64,000 nt of DNA, from the UHGV virus genome UHGV-0101699; one strand, 5' to 3'. Positions within the stretch are counted from its first letter, which is position 1, and each line of letters begins with the position of its first letter. The position numbers and the translations under genes were made by a program. Under the pieces are notes generated by a model. The model made no database searches and was not told where the DNA came from. It saw only the letters and a list, made by a program, of their open reading frames with translations. Source of the DNA: a virus. Below are positions 47,803 through 57,223 of this stretch, in pieces.

Positions 47803-50162
47803 ACTCCAAAATCAACAATATCAGCGTTATCACCAATCGCTTCGTCATAGGTTCTGCGTTTGCCGTCAGAGCACATCAGCTTGGCCTTTTTGTGGACTTC
47901 TACTGTGCTTCCGTTTTCAAGTGACAGTGTCACCCAACCTGCTTGCGCTCGTTCTACAAAATCGCTGCCGATCGCTTTCATCTTATCCATGTTCTTTTTA
48001 CCGATAGCGGAACGCAGAGCGTCAGCCTCAGCCATAGAGAATCCAGCGAGTACGCGAGAGCTTTTCATGATCTGCTCTTGATAGAGTAAAACGCCGTTGG
48101 TTTCTTTAGTTGCTTCCTCAAGACGCGGATGAATTGAATGTGGAGCCATAAAACCTTTTGCCACGGAGACATAGTCGTCCAACATGCCTGACTGAATTGG
48201 ACCTGGTCTGAAAAGCGCAGTTGTGGCCACAATGGTTTTGAAGCTCATTGGCTCGATACCACCACCCAGATCTTTGAGTAGCTTCCTCATGGGGCCGGAC
48301 TCAAGCTGGAACACACCTTGCGTATACCCCGCGGCGAATCCATCAAGTACTTTGCGATCATCCAGTGGGATGGCATCGAGGTTGACGTCCTTACCGGTGC
48401 TCTCTTTGATGTAACGTTTTGCGCTATCCAGCAGATCGAGAGTGGCCAGGCCCAGAACGTCCAGTTTGATCAGCCCCATGGCCTCGCAGTATCGTTTATC
48501 GAATGCGATGCAACGCGCGTCTCCACGTCGCTCTACAGGGGTACGTTCCGTCAGAGGTACGCCAGCAACAATCATCCCTGCAGCATGGCGGCCGAAGCCA
48601 CGCATCAGGTTTTGCAACTTGCTCGCCGCCTTAAATGCGTCCGGATGTTTGGTGGCGTACTTGTCCAGGCTGGCCAGCTGCTCGCGCAGCTCCGACAGAG
48701 ATAAACTGTCATCCTCCAGGGTCTTTAGCTCCTTGGAAACAGCCATATCCGCCGCATCAACTCCATAAATACGCGCTGTGTCGCGCAGTGCGGAAGCGGC
48801 GCCCAGATAAGTGAAGTTCGGAATGCCTGCAACATACTCTTCGCCATATCGGGCATTCAGATACTCGATCACCTCATGGCGCCGCGCCTGGCTAAAGTCC
48901 AAATCCGCATCCGGCAAGTCGAGACGTTCAGGGTTAATGAAACGTTCGAACAGAAGACCATGACGGATTGGGTCAACGTTAGTAATGCCGATGCACCATG
49001 CCACCAGAGAGCCGGCGGATGAACCACGACCTGGCCCGACAGGAATACCAGTCTCGCGACTATGATTCATCAGATCGCGAACCATCAGGAAATAACCGCA
49101 GAATCCCAGGCGAGTGAGCGTTTCCATTTCATACTTGAGGCGATCGACGTAAATGCGGTGCTCGGAAGCTGGTGGCGTGTAGCCAAATTCTTTGTTGCTG
49201 AGACGTTTTCGAAGCCCTGCGACAGCCAGTTTCATCAACGTTGCAGGCTCATCGTCTGCCATTTTTGGCAGCGCCGGCGCCATCTCGTGCCAGCGCCATT
49301 CGCACGCCTTAACAATGGAGTCCTGCGTTGTAGAAGCCATGGCGGCAGACACAGATACGCCCATCCGGACAGAAAACTCTTTCAGAGCCTGCAGCAGATG
49401 ACGGCGACCATTTATTGCATTGTCGCGCTGGTGGGGGATACGCAGCCGGTGTGGCTGATCGACTTTGATATTGTTCATCACCATGTGGGCGATGTCTTTG
49501 ATGTCAGCGTCATCAACCCCTTCGTAATAAGCTGGGTAAAACGCAACGGGCTCGATTTTCAGTGCGCTTGCCACTTTCATGGCTCGCACGTTGATCTGGT
49601 CATAGAATGGCGTAGGGTGTGGATATACGACGCTGTAGAAATTATCGCGTCCACCGGCAGTAATCAGCGCACTAATAATTTTAGCGAAGTCCGGGCGCTG
49701 GAATACGCTGCCGATATCCGAAGTCAGTAACAGTATATTGCCTTTAGCGTATGTAGCCGCCAACTGGTCGAGCGCCAGGCGTGGCACGAAGTAAAACTGC
49801 TCGCGGGTATTGGCTAAAGTCATTAGTTCGCAAATGTCGCGATAACCTTGCTCGTTTTTAATCAGTGCGGTGAAGCAGTAGTTACGTCCACGCTCCAATG
49901 ATTCCATACATCCATTAGACTCTTTAGCCAGTTTAGCCCGGTACTCGTATGTTGGATCGTCGACAACATTCAGCTTAACACCACAGATCACCGCCATCTC
50001 ATCGCCAGCTGCTCGTTGCAGGGGGATAACGCTGGCGATATTCATCGTGTCAGCAGAGATAACCGCGGTATAGCCAGCCTCCTTTGCCACCTTTACTGCG
50101 TGCTCTGCTTTCAGTGCTGATTCTCCCAGGGAAAAATCAGTCCTGACCATCAGTGCTTTCAT
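47799..50162 (-). CDS. dnaE: DNA polymerase III alpha (DnaE-type) N-terminal fragment (PHP + polymerase core)
   Basis: PHP-domain N-terminus; GPGRGSSAGSLVAWCIGIT polymerase motif; ends with a 40-aa tail with no counterpart in E. coli DnaE. Confidence 0.85.
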   Translation of the reverse strand: MKALMVRTDFSLGESALKAEHAVKVAKEAGYTAVISADTMNIASVIPLQRAAGDEMAVICGVKLNVVDDPTYEYRAKLAKESNGCMESLERGRNYCFTALIKNEQGYRDICELMTLANTREQFYFVPRLALDQLAATYAKGNILLLTSDIGSVFQRPDFAKIISALITAGGRDNFYSVVYPHPTPFYDQINVRAMKVASALKIEPVAFYPAYYEGVDDADIKDIAHMVMNNIKVDQPHRLRIPHQRDNAINGRRHLLQALKEFSVRMGVSVSAAMASTTQDSIVKACEWRWHEMAPALPKMADDEPATLMKLAVAGLRKRLSNKEFGYTPPASEHRIYVDRLKYEMETLTRLGFCGYFLMVRDLMNHSRETGIPVGPGRGSSAGSLVAWCIGITNVDPIRHGLLFERFINPERLDLPDADLDFSQARRHEVIEYLNARYGEEYVAGIPNFTYLGAASALRDTARIYGVDAADMAVSKELKTLEDDSLSLSELREQLASLDKYATKHPDAFKAASKLQNLMRGFGRHAAGMIVAGVPLTERTPVERRGDARCIAFDKRYCEAMGLIKLDVLGLATLDLLDSAKRYIKESTGKDVNLDAIPLDDRKVLDGFAAGYTQGVFQLESGPMRKLLKDLGGGIEPMSFKTIVATTALFRPGPIQSGMLDDYVSVAKGFMAPHSIHPRLEEATKETNGVLLYQEQIMKSSRVLAGFSMAEADALRSAIGKKNMDKMKAIGSDFVERAQAGWVTLSLENGSTVEVHKKAKLMCSDGKRRTYDEAIGDNADIVDFGV

Positions 50163-50342
50163 GTGTTTTTACCTTCTGTTTTTTCTTAATTTTGTCGTTG
50201 GGGAAGCCGACGAACTTCCCGTATATCGAAATCGCAACTCCTTTGGCTGCCTGGTGGCAGTCAGGCCTGTGAGCGCATGACAAACAGGCCGCGCCAGTTT
50301 CAGAAGCTGCGATAAGAGATCCAAAACAACCTTTACGCACGA

Positions 50343-51575
50343 TTAACCGAAGATTTTCTGAACCACTTCACGCGCCGCTTGCGCAGAGGTGGAGGGGAGT
50401 TTATTGATGAATGACTTCTCGATGCCGGCTGCGAAATCACCTCGCATCATTCCGATTTTTGCGGACAGAAGCAGCTCACGCGGGCCGATTGGTTGGCTGA
50501 TCAGGTGTTGCTCATACCCGTCTCGTACCAGATTGGCGAACTTAACCATTTTTTCGGCGTATTCACGGATGATTCCCGCTTCAACCAGCATGTTCACCTC
50601 AGCACCAGGCTTCATGTACTTGACGTGAGATACGATGCCAAAGCGAGAGAAGTTAGCCGCGTTCTGGATGTTCGTTCCTTGATAAAGCCCCGTTTCATCC
50701 CCTGAACCATTAGTGTTGCCTGTACCGATGAAGGCGAAGCGCTTATGCGGCGCCACGCGACGCCAGTCAGGTGTCGCTTCTTTGATTACGAGTGGTTCGC
50801 CTTCCAGAACTGGCTGGTAGATCCCCAGAATCTGCGGGAATGCAAAATCGTATTCGTCTGCCAGATAGACCCAACCGTTCTTCATCGCCAGCGACAGAAG
50901 CCCAGGTTCAAAGTAGGTTGTGCCTTCTCGCGCCAGAATCTGGCCCGTAATATGGGCTTCCTCAGTTGATGCCGTATGCTGTGAGCGGATAACCGGGCGA
51001 TTCAGGAGCGCGCAAAGCTGGGTTGGCAGAGAGGTTTTCCCCGTACCAGCATGACCCCACAGATAACCAGGAATGCCGATCTCCAGCATCATGAAGATGT
51101 CTTTAATCAGATCGAAGTCGCCGTATACATAGCCGGCTTTCACTTCTGGCACGAACTCCGGATATGGCGTGTTGATGTTGACCGTCACCTGAAGGGGTTT
51201 GCCTCGGGGCGTGCCAAGTTCCTTGATAGTCAGGCCAAGCAGCTCGTGCGCGGCGACAAGCTCAGTTTTGTATTCGACTGTCCCTGCATAGCCAGGGTGG
51301 GAACTGATATCCGCGATTTTGCCGTCTGCGCCAGCCTTCTCAGAGCGTTTATTCTTTAACGCTTCAATGGCCTTTGGAGACAGCGTTGGTTCCCCGGGGA
51401 ATGCTGTGGTGTACATTTTCACTACGTCATCCACACCAAGCCCTTTGGCTTCTTCCGGAATTCCTTCGCACCGACCCATCGAAATGTGGGATTTGAGGTG
51501 ATGGAAGGATTTTCCGCACCATTTGCAGGTGACGGCATCAGAGTGGGCGTTTTGTGGTAGCGCAGTCGCGGTCAT
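50343..51575 (-). CDS. AAA+ ATPase, CobS/MoxR-like, with N-terminal zinc ribbon
   Basis: CKWCGKSFHHLKSH; Walker A GHAGTGKTS; Walker B YLADEYDF. Confidence 0.7.
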   Translation of the reverse strand: MTATALPQNAHSDAVTCKWCGKSFHHLKSHISMGRCEGIPEEAKGLGVDDVVKMYTTAFPGEPTLSPKAIEALKNKRSEKAGADGKIADISSHPGYAGTVEYKTELVAAHELLGLTIKELGTPRGKPLQVTVNINTPYPEFVPEVKAGYVYGDFDLIKDIFMMLEIGIPGYLWGHAGTGKTSLPTQLCALLNRPVIRSQHTASTEEAHITGQILAREGTTYFEPGLLSLAMKNGWVYLADEYDFAFPQILGIYQPVLEGEPLVIKEATPDWRRVAPHKRFAFIGTGNTNGSGDETGLYQGTNIQNAANFSRFGIVSHVKYMKPGAEVNMLVEAGIIREYAEKMVKFANLVRDGYEQHLISQPIGPRELLLSAKIGMMRGDFAAGIEKSFINKLPSTSAQAAREVVQKIFG

Positions 51576-51671
51576 GTGTTTTTCCTTACTTGTTGTCGTT
51601 TCTGGGCTCTATTCTATACAAATGTATCAGGCTTTATAGTAACTAGTTACTTATTTTATAGGGCGCAAGGT

Positions 51672-53951
51672 TTACTCTAAAATGATACGAGATAACTCGC
51701 TGACAACTGACGTACCCAACTCTTCGACCTTATTCACTAGCGCATAGTTTTTGTAATACCGGCGCGGCGCGTCCGTAAGAATGCCAATGGCCAACAGGTT
51801 GATGTCACTTGTGTTTTCGATGTCATTCGTTACAGAGCGCAGATGGTTACTAAAGCCATCCCCCGCAGCGCATGGGGCGCCGTCGCTCTGCACAATCATG
51901 ATCTTCTTGTCTTCCATACGCCCTGCAAACAGAGAAGCCAGCTGTGCGATGCTCTCGCCATCCACGTTGTTTAGCAGGGGGAAAGTCTCCGCCACACAGC
52001 CCATACGAGCACGTATCTCTGGGGAGTTCGCTTTTTCATGCCAGTTTTTAATAATCGGCAGCATAAGCGCTTCAAAGCGGCTAAACCCACGTTTCGACAT
52101 AGTTGCTACATCCGGATTGCCATACGTAGTGAAGCCGGTAATGACGTTCGGAACGTGGATACGATCTAGGGCGTCAGCCAGTGTGTATGCGGATGCCAGC
52201 GCGAGCTCGATTTTTCGGCCGCCCATTGAACCTGACAAATCGATGACCTGTTGAACGCACGCGTTCACGGCCTTGTGGTCTTCTTTTCTCCGGAATACCC
52301 GATCGTCATTCATCGACAGTCGGTAAAGACTCGCCCCATGTACGCGTCCACGACGCTGGCCAGGGATGAACTGAACACGGTTACGACTGGCGATCGCGCG
52401 CTCCAGGTCTTTGGCCAAGGTAGATGACACCGAGGAAGACAGATGTCTCTCCACCTTCATCACAAACAGTTTTCTGCCCTCTGGAACAATGCGGTAGCGA
52501 TCTACGGGAGAATACATAGGGATTGCGCCAAAAGCTTTTCTGGCGCGCTTAATATGCTCTTCTGCCTCGTCAATTGGCCCCAGAAAGTCGTAGGAGCGAT
52601 TGTATGGCCGGTAATCAGATAGTGACGCGCTGGCCAGCTCCGACTTGATCGCCGACGCCAGCGCATCTTCGGTTGAAGAACCTATCTCTTCATCGACGTT
52701 TTCTAATGCCTTGAGAGCATCATCAAGAGACATATCGTCAGCGTGTGGGGCAAAGCCGGCATCGCTTTCATCCGAGGTGTCCCGACCCCCTTCATCCTTC
52801 TCCTTGCCACCGTCTTTATCTGCCTTGCCTTCACCGTCTTCGACAGCTTCGCTGTCATCAGAGGAGCTGCCATGCCTGTCCTCTGAGCCATCATCCGTGG
52901 ACGGACTGTAATCCCCTTCATCATCTACTTCTTCCCCTACATCCGAGCCCAGAGATGTAACAGGATCATCAGCTGTCGTTTCTTCGCTGTCAGGCAAGTC
53001 GTCAACATTTTCATGGCCTAAATCGCCATCTTCAGGTTTACTTTCTGTATCATTTATTACTTCATCACTGTTAGGTATGTGCTTACTTATCGATTTGTCT
53101 GATTTTTCATCATCTTCATCGTCAGAGCTAAACCCATCAGGAGTGCTTTCGAGCCCCTCTTCGTCACAAACCTCAGTATCGTCTCCAGCAGCCGGCTCAT
53201 CCGAACTGTCTTCTTCTGGTTCGGTCTTTTTGGTTACAGAGGATTCAAGCTCAGGTAACGGGCCTTCTGGCATCTCAGTCATTTCACGCAGGATCTTCGC
53301 CATTGCTGCAGCAACCTTGACGCAATCCTCAGTGCTATCCATACGACGAACAGCTTCATCGACGCCAAACTCTTTCAGTACGGCAATAGGTTTATCGATG
53401 AGGTGCCAGTGCTCCTCCATGAAATCAACAAAAGTTGGTTGGCCATCCCACGCCCGTAGAACCGGACAGAGGAAGAACTTTAGAAACAACTCGCGTTGAT
53501 CCCCGCGGCACATCGCTACCGCCTTTTTAATGTGGGGATTAAAATATTTATCAATCATTAGGTTACGTGTGGACAATAGGTTCCGCCGGCTGCCGGTGAA
53601 CACTTCACTCATGCGACGTTCGATGTAGACGTCTTCCAGGGCGTTCCAGAGTCCGAATGCCTTTGTGTTGCGCATTTTCTTGACGACTTTTTCGTCTGTG
53701 AAAAGGAGATGGCCAACCTCGTGATCAAGGAATCCACGTATGGCATTCATAAGCGCAGGGCTTGCGTCATCTGGTATGGATGGGATGTTAACCATGACTG
53801 GCTCACCCTTTTTATTGTAGCGAACGTATGCTGTGTCTCCGCATTCAGCTACAGGAATATTCTTGCCCGAAAGAAGACCAACGACGCGTTTTACGGAATC
53901 GCGGAAGTCCTGTACCTCTTTGAGTACAGTTTTGCTGGGTTTGGTTGCCAT
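51672..53951 (-). CDS. CobT-like protein with central acidic/Ser-rich low-complexity region and C-terminal von Willebrand A domain
   Basis: MIDAS-like DLSGSMGG ... vWA fold; start MATKPSKT with ACACATG context. Confidence 0.65.
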   Translation of the reverse strand: MATKPSKTVLKEVQDFRDSVKRVVGLLSGKNIPVAECGDTAYVRYNKKGEPVMVNIPSIPDDASPALMNAIRGFLDHEVGHLLFTDEKVVKKMRNTKAFGLWNALEDVYIERRMSEVFTGSRRNLLSTRNLMIDKYFNPHIKKAVAMCRGDQRELFLKFFLCPVLRAWDGQPTFVDFMEEHWHLIDKPIAVLKEFGVDEAVRRMDSTEDCVKVAAAMAKILREMTEMPEGPLPELESSVTKKTEPEEDSSDEPAAGDDTEVCDEEGLESTPDGFSSDDEDDEKSDKSISKHIPNSDEVINDTESKPEDGDLGHENVDDLPDSEETTADDPVTSLGSDVGEEVDDEGDYSPSTDDGSEDRHGSSSDDSEAVEDGEGKADKDGGKEKDEGGRDTSDESDAGFAPHADDMSLDDALKALENVDEEIGSSTEDALASAIKSELASASLSDYRPYNRSYDFLGPIDEAEEHIKRARKAFGAIPMYSPVDRYRIVPEGRKLFVMKVERHLSSSVSSTLAKDLERAIASRNRVQFIPGQRRGRVHGASLYRLSMNDDRVFRRKEDHKAVNACVQQVIDLSGSMGGRKIELALASAYTLADALDRIHVPNVITGFTTYGNPDVATMSKRGFSRFEALMLPIIKNWHEKANSPEIRARMGCVAETFPLLNNVDGESIAQLASLFAGRMEDKKIMIVQSDGAPCAAGDGFSNHLRSVTNDIENTSDINLLAIGILTDAPRRYYKNYALVNKVEELGTSVVSELSRIILE

Positions 53952-54068
53952 GTGTTTTTCCTTATCGAGTAAACAAATTGTTTTCAGATATAAGAAAATA
54001 ACACTGCGCGAACAGGGGAGGAAGCAATTCGCGCAGGGGATCAATGAGTTATAGGCGGGTTATAAATT

Positions 54069-54299
54069 TTAGTTGATTCGAACCGCGAAAGAGAGGTCGC
54101 CAGTATTGATCAGCGTGAAAGAGCCATTTTCCAGGGAAAACCGGAAAACAGTAGCGTCGCGCGCTCTAACGTTTACCTGGTGATTTGGTAACTCAGATAG
54201 TACTTCTGCAGCCTCCAGGTGTGTCAGCGCGAAAACATTGCCTACATTCAGAGCAAGTAAATTAGATGACAATTTTTCCATTAATAGCATCCTAATCAA
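54069..54299 (-). CDS. hypothetical small protein
   Basis: 76-aa ORF at edge of AT-rich island. Confidence 0.4.
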   Translation of the reverse strand: MIRMLLMEKLSSNLLALNVGNVFALTHLEAAEVLSELPNHQVNVRARDATVFRFSLENGSFTLINTGDLSFAVRIN

Positions 54300-54554
54300 C
54301 AGGTTTCATTTGGAGGTGATGGTACTACCTATTGATATAAAAGTTAATAAAAATGTATCGTAATGTCTTAAACAAAAATAATCAAAAAAATCAACAGAAG
54401 TACCGGATTTTACTAATTTATACCTTATTTCGTGTGATTTATGTGCGATAATTGCCTACAAATAGCCGGATGTAAGACTTTACAATAATAACCGTTGCTG
54501 TAATATCGGTAAGTACTTACCATACAATAAGATCACACGAGGATAGTAACTACA

Positions 54555-54935
54555 ATGACAATGGCCGATGAGAAGACCGCTCGTTACGTCGCCTACATCG
54601 ATTCTTTAATCACTGTTTCGCCGAAAAGTCAGTCGGCGATCTCCCGTGAGATTGGTTACAAGAATCCCAACATTTTGTCCCTGATAAAAAAGGGAAGAAT
54701 TCCGCTGCCGGTAGAGAAAGTGCTACCACTGGCAGAAGCACTGAATGCAGACCCAGTACGTCTCATGATGATGGTTCTTGAAGACCGTCAGCCTGAGCTG
54801 GCAGATTTTTTACGAGACCAGGGCATAGCGCCGCTGACTCCGGAAGAACGTGAGGTTCTCGCAGCTTTCCGCAACCGCTTTCCGGCTCAAACTGATGGTG
54901 TTGAGCAGGTTGTGGAAGCAATTAAAAAGCTATGA
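54555..54935 (+). CDS. HTH DNA-binding protein (XRE/Cro-like)
   Basis: SQSAISREIGYKNPNILSLIKKGR helix-turn-helix; plus strand, convergent with recombinase. Confidence 0.55.
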   Translation: MTMADEKTARYVAYIDSLITVSPKSQSAISREIGYKNPNILSLIKKGRIPLPVEKVLPLAEALNADPVRLMMMVLEDRQPELADFLRDQGIAPLTPEEREVLAAFRNRFPAQTDGVEQVVEAIKKL

Positions 54936-56030
54936 GAAGTTTACTCTGATCAGCTCGGTGGATAGGCGATCTCCCTTCATTTTGTGGTCAATTTCTTCTA
55001 AATCTGGTTGCTCAACAATCGACGAGATGTACGATGAGAAGCTCTCAAGGGCTTCTCGCATCTGATCCATGTAGTCATATCGGTCGTATACACGGTCGAT
55101 ACCTTCCAGACTATGATTCATGATCTTACGTGATACTTCCTGAGAAATATTAAGGGCTGGAAAGTAGCTGCGTGCCGTTCTACGCAGATCACGTGGGGTA
55201 AACGACTCCACTTCCCCAAGCTCTGGTCGCTCTAGAATCCGCCTCAACGCCTGGGCTATTGCAACCTTTGACATTGGCGTATCAGCTTTCTTTTTGTTCG
55301 ACGGGACGAGCCACTGGCTGCCGGCGCCATAAGCAATCAATTCTTCTACGCACTTCCGCATCAGTGAGCTCATCGGAAGGGTGTGCGACCGGGCCGATTT
55401 GTTGCGAGACCCTTGATTCCATACATTTAGCTTAAGGTCGAACTCGCTTACTCTGGCCCGCAGCACTTCATCTGGACGTCTGGCAGCTACGAGGCAAAGC
55501 CTTGCCGCCCATTTCGTGCCTGGACATACGTCGAAATAGTCCCAGACATTCCAGAATACCCAAACCTCTGCGTCCGTCAGGCATCGTTCCCGCGGGGCCG
55601 TCTTCGCGCCGCCGGCAACTTTGTTCAGCGACATATCATTCAGGGGCGATGTTTCGATAATTCCCTGGAAGGCACACCATCCCAGGAACTGCTTCATGAT
55701 GGAAAAAACACGGCGACCCATCACGATCTTCCCTTCAAGGATCAGCGGGTTGACCAGCTGATTCACCATTATTCTATTCAGGTTACTTACTTTTTCCTGA
55801 GCGATATGCGGGAGAACATGTATCAAAACACAATGGACAGCTATCTCGGGCCGGCGGCGAGTTATCAATAATGATAAGCGAGTGAATAACATGAATGCGT
55901 CGGCGAAAGTCAGATCGGCTCCCTGCATCGAGACCGATCTGGCATCCATCTGCGATGCCCGATCCAGATAGGTGATCGCTTCCTGTGACGTGTTTTCCGC
56001 TGCGCGTGCTCTGTCAAACGTGTTTTTCAT
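54930..56030 (-). CDS. tyrosine site-specific recombinase
   Basis: C-terminal catalytic domain with R ... HxxR ... Y pattern (ARRPDEVL, SHTLPMS, RDLRRTARSY ... Y). Confidence 0.8.
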   Translation of the reverse strand: MKNTFDRARAAENTSQEAITYLDRASQMDARSVSMQGADLTFADAFMLFTRLSLLITRRRPEIAVHCVLIHVLPHIAQEKVSNLNRIMVNQLVNPLILEGKIVMGRRVFSIMKQFLGWCAFQGIIETSPLNDMSLNKVAGGAKTAPRERCLTDAEVWVFWNVWDYFDVCPGTKWAARLCLVAARRPDEVLRARVSEFDLKLNVWNQGSRNKSARSHTLPMSSLMRKCVEELIAYGAGSQWLVPSNKKKADTPMSKVAIAQALRRILERPELGEVESFTPRDLRRTARSYFPALNISQEVSRKIMNHSLEGIDRVYDRYDYMDQMREALESFSSYISSIVEQPDLEEIDHKMKGDRLSTELIRVNFS

Positions 56031-56050
56031 AATCTGGCCACTGTATGACG

Positions 56051-56084
56051 CTTTTTATACTGTGTTTATATACAGTATATTAGG
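56051..56084. promoter_or_regulatory. lox-like recombination site candidate: 13-bp imperfect inverted arms around an 8-bp asymmetric spacer (TATACTGT-GTTTATAT-ACAGTATA core)
   Basis: Perfect 8-bp inverted core, 10/13 arm matches, 20 bp upstream of recombinase start. Confidence 0.4.
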
Positions 56085-56379
56085 CATTGTTTTTATTGAG
56101 ATCAACCTAAAATACCCTCTTTTGTCTAATGATTCCATACCTACCAAGTATGGAATCATAGAAAGGCCTTTTTTTGAAAATTAGTCATCAGGGCCGTGCA
56201 TTTCCCGCTTGTTTGTTTGCGACATCACCCTTGTCTTTGCGTTATGTCCCATCGTTGTCCGGTGCCAGTTTAGTCATGTTTGCGTCTATGGCTGTCTCGA
56301 TGCCGCCTGGTCTCGAAGGGGGGACTTCGTCAATTCATGATATGATAGCTTTAATGGTATAGCTATGAAGGAATCATAG

Positions 56380-56739
56380 ATGATGACCTTAAAATATTAT
56401 TTACGGCACTGCTTATGGGGATGGTGTGGTTATGGCTATCTGATCTATTTTATAGTGCGCGATATGAATGACGGACTAATTTTTCCTGCCTATGTTCCTT
56501 ATATGCCATTTGTGGTTACATATCTTGTTTTAAGCGCCGTCCTGTACCCATTCTCATATTATACTTCGGAGAAACTAGCCCTTAAGATAATGACCAAACC
56601 CTTTTGGGATCGTCACATTGGCGTGAATAGCGGTGTGTATGGCATGTTCATTATTTTGTGGTTATTTTGCCTGCCGCTTTCGGTACCGTTATTTCTCGTA
56701 TATTTATGCATACGCGCAAAGACTAGATTAAGTGCCTAA
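56380..56739 (+). CDS. integral membrane protein (3-4 TM) in AT-rich DNA
   Basis: 119-aa hydrophobic ORF, low GC. Confidence 0.5.
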   Translation: MMTLKYYLRHCLWGWCGYGYLIYFIVRDMNDGLIFPAYVPYMPFVVTYLVLSAVLYPFSYYTSEKLALKIMTKPFWDRHIGVNSGVYGMFIILWLFCLPLSVPLFLVYLCIRAKTRLSA

Positions 56740-56803
56740 AAAATATGAAAATTATCGCAATATAACCACGCTACGAATGAGAAAGGCATGGAGCTGCAGG
56801 TAA

Positions 56804-57214
56804 CTACGGGTTTGTTAATTTCTGGAAGGCTGCCGCGTATTTGGCGATGTCGCTCATTTTGGCTGGATCACTGGCTGTTTTGTGTGCCTCTTTCGGGAAG
56901 ATGGCCAGCAGACTATACACGTCCTGAAACTTGGCGTGCTGGGTATAAACGAGGGCGCGGTCGCTTGTACAGTTGAACCTGTTTCGGTGACTATTTCGTT
57001 CTTGCTTGGTGAATAAGAGATGAACGTGGTAAACACGAGAGGAAACTACAGAACCAGGTTCGGTATAGGGGCCATCTTTGCCAAAAACGGCCGGATAAAA
57101 GCCGTTTTTAAAACTCACAAAGTCAGCAAGTAAGGAGGTCTTCAGATCAGGCATTACTCTGAAGACCGGCTCCAAAAATTGGGCGTAACTATCACTGTTC
57201 CATGTGACTTTCAT
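56804..57214 (-). CDS. YafO-like toxin (ribosome-dependent mRNA interferase family)
   Basis: FGKDGPY ... VYHVHLLF ... LVYTQHAKFQDVYSLLAIFPKEAH ... MSDIAKYAAAFQ collinear with E. coli YafO motifs (FGRD, AHIHL, LVYCQG, LLIAIL.PEPH, MAEAF). Confidence 0.6.
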   Translation of the reverse strand: MKVTWNSDSYAQFLEPVFRVMPDLKTSLLADFVSFKNGFYPAVFGKDGPYTEPGSVVSSRVYHVHLLFTKQERNSHRNRFNCTSDRALVYTQHAKFQDVYSLLAIFPKEAHKTASDPAKMSDIAKYAAAFQKLTNP

Positions 57215-57223
57215 CGATCAGCC

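Noticed and set aside
50137-50340. 67-aa minus-strand ORF in the dnaE-N/AAA+ intergenic region
   Set aside because: It overlaps the dnaE start and the conserved ACACATG context. The region more likely holds regulatory hairpins (GGCCTGT...ACAGGCC).
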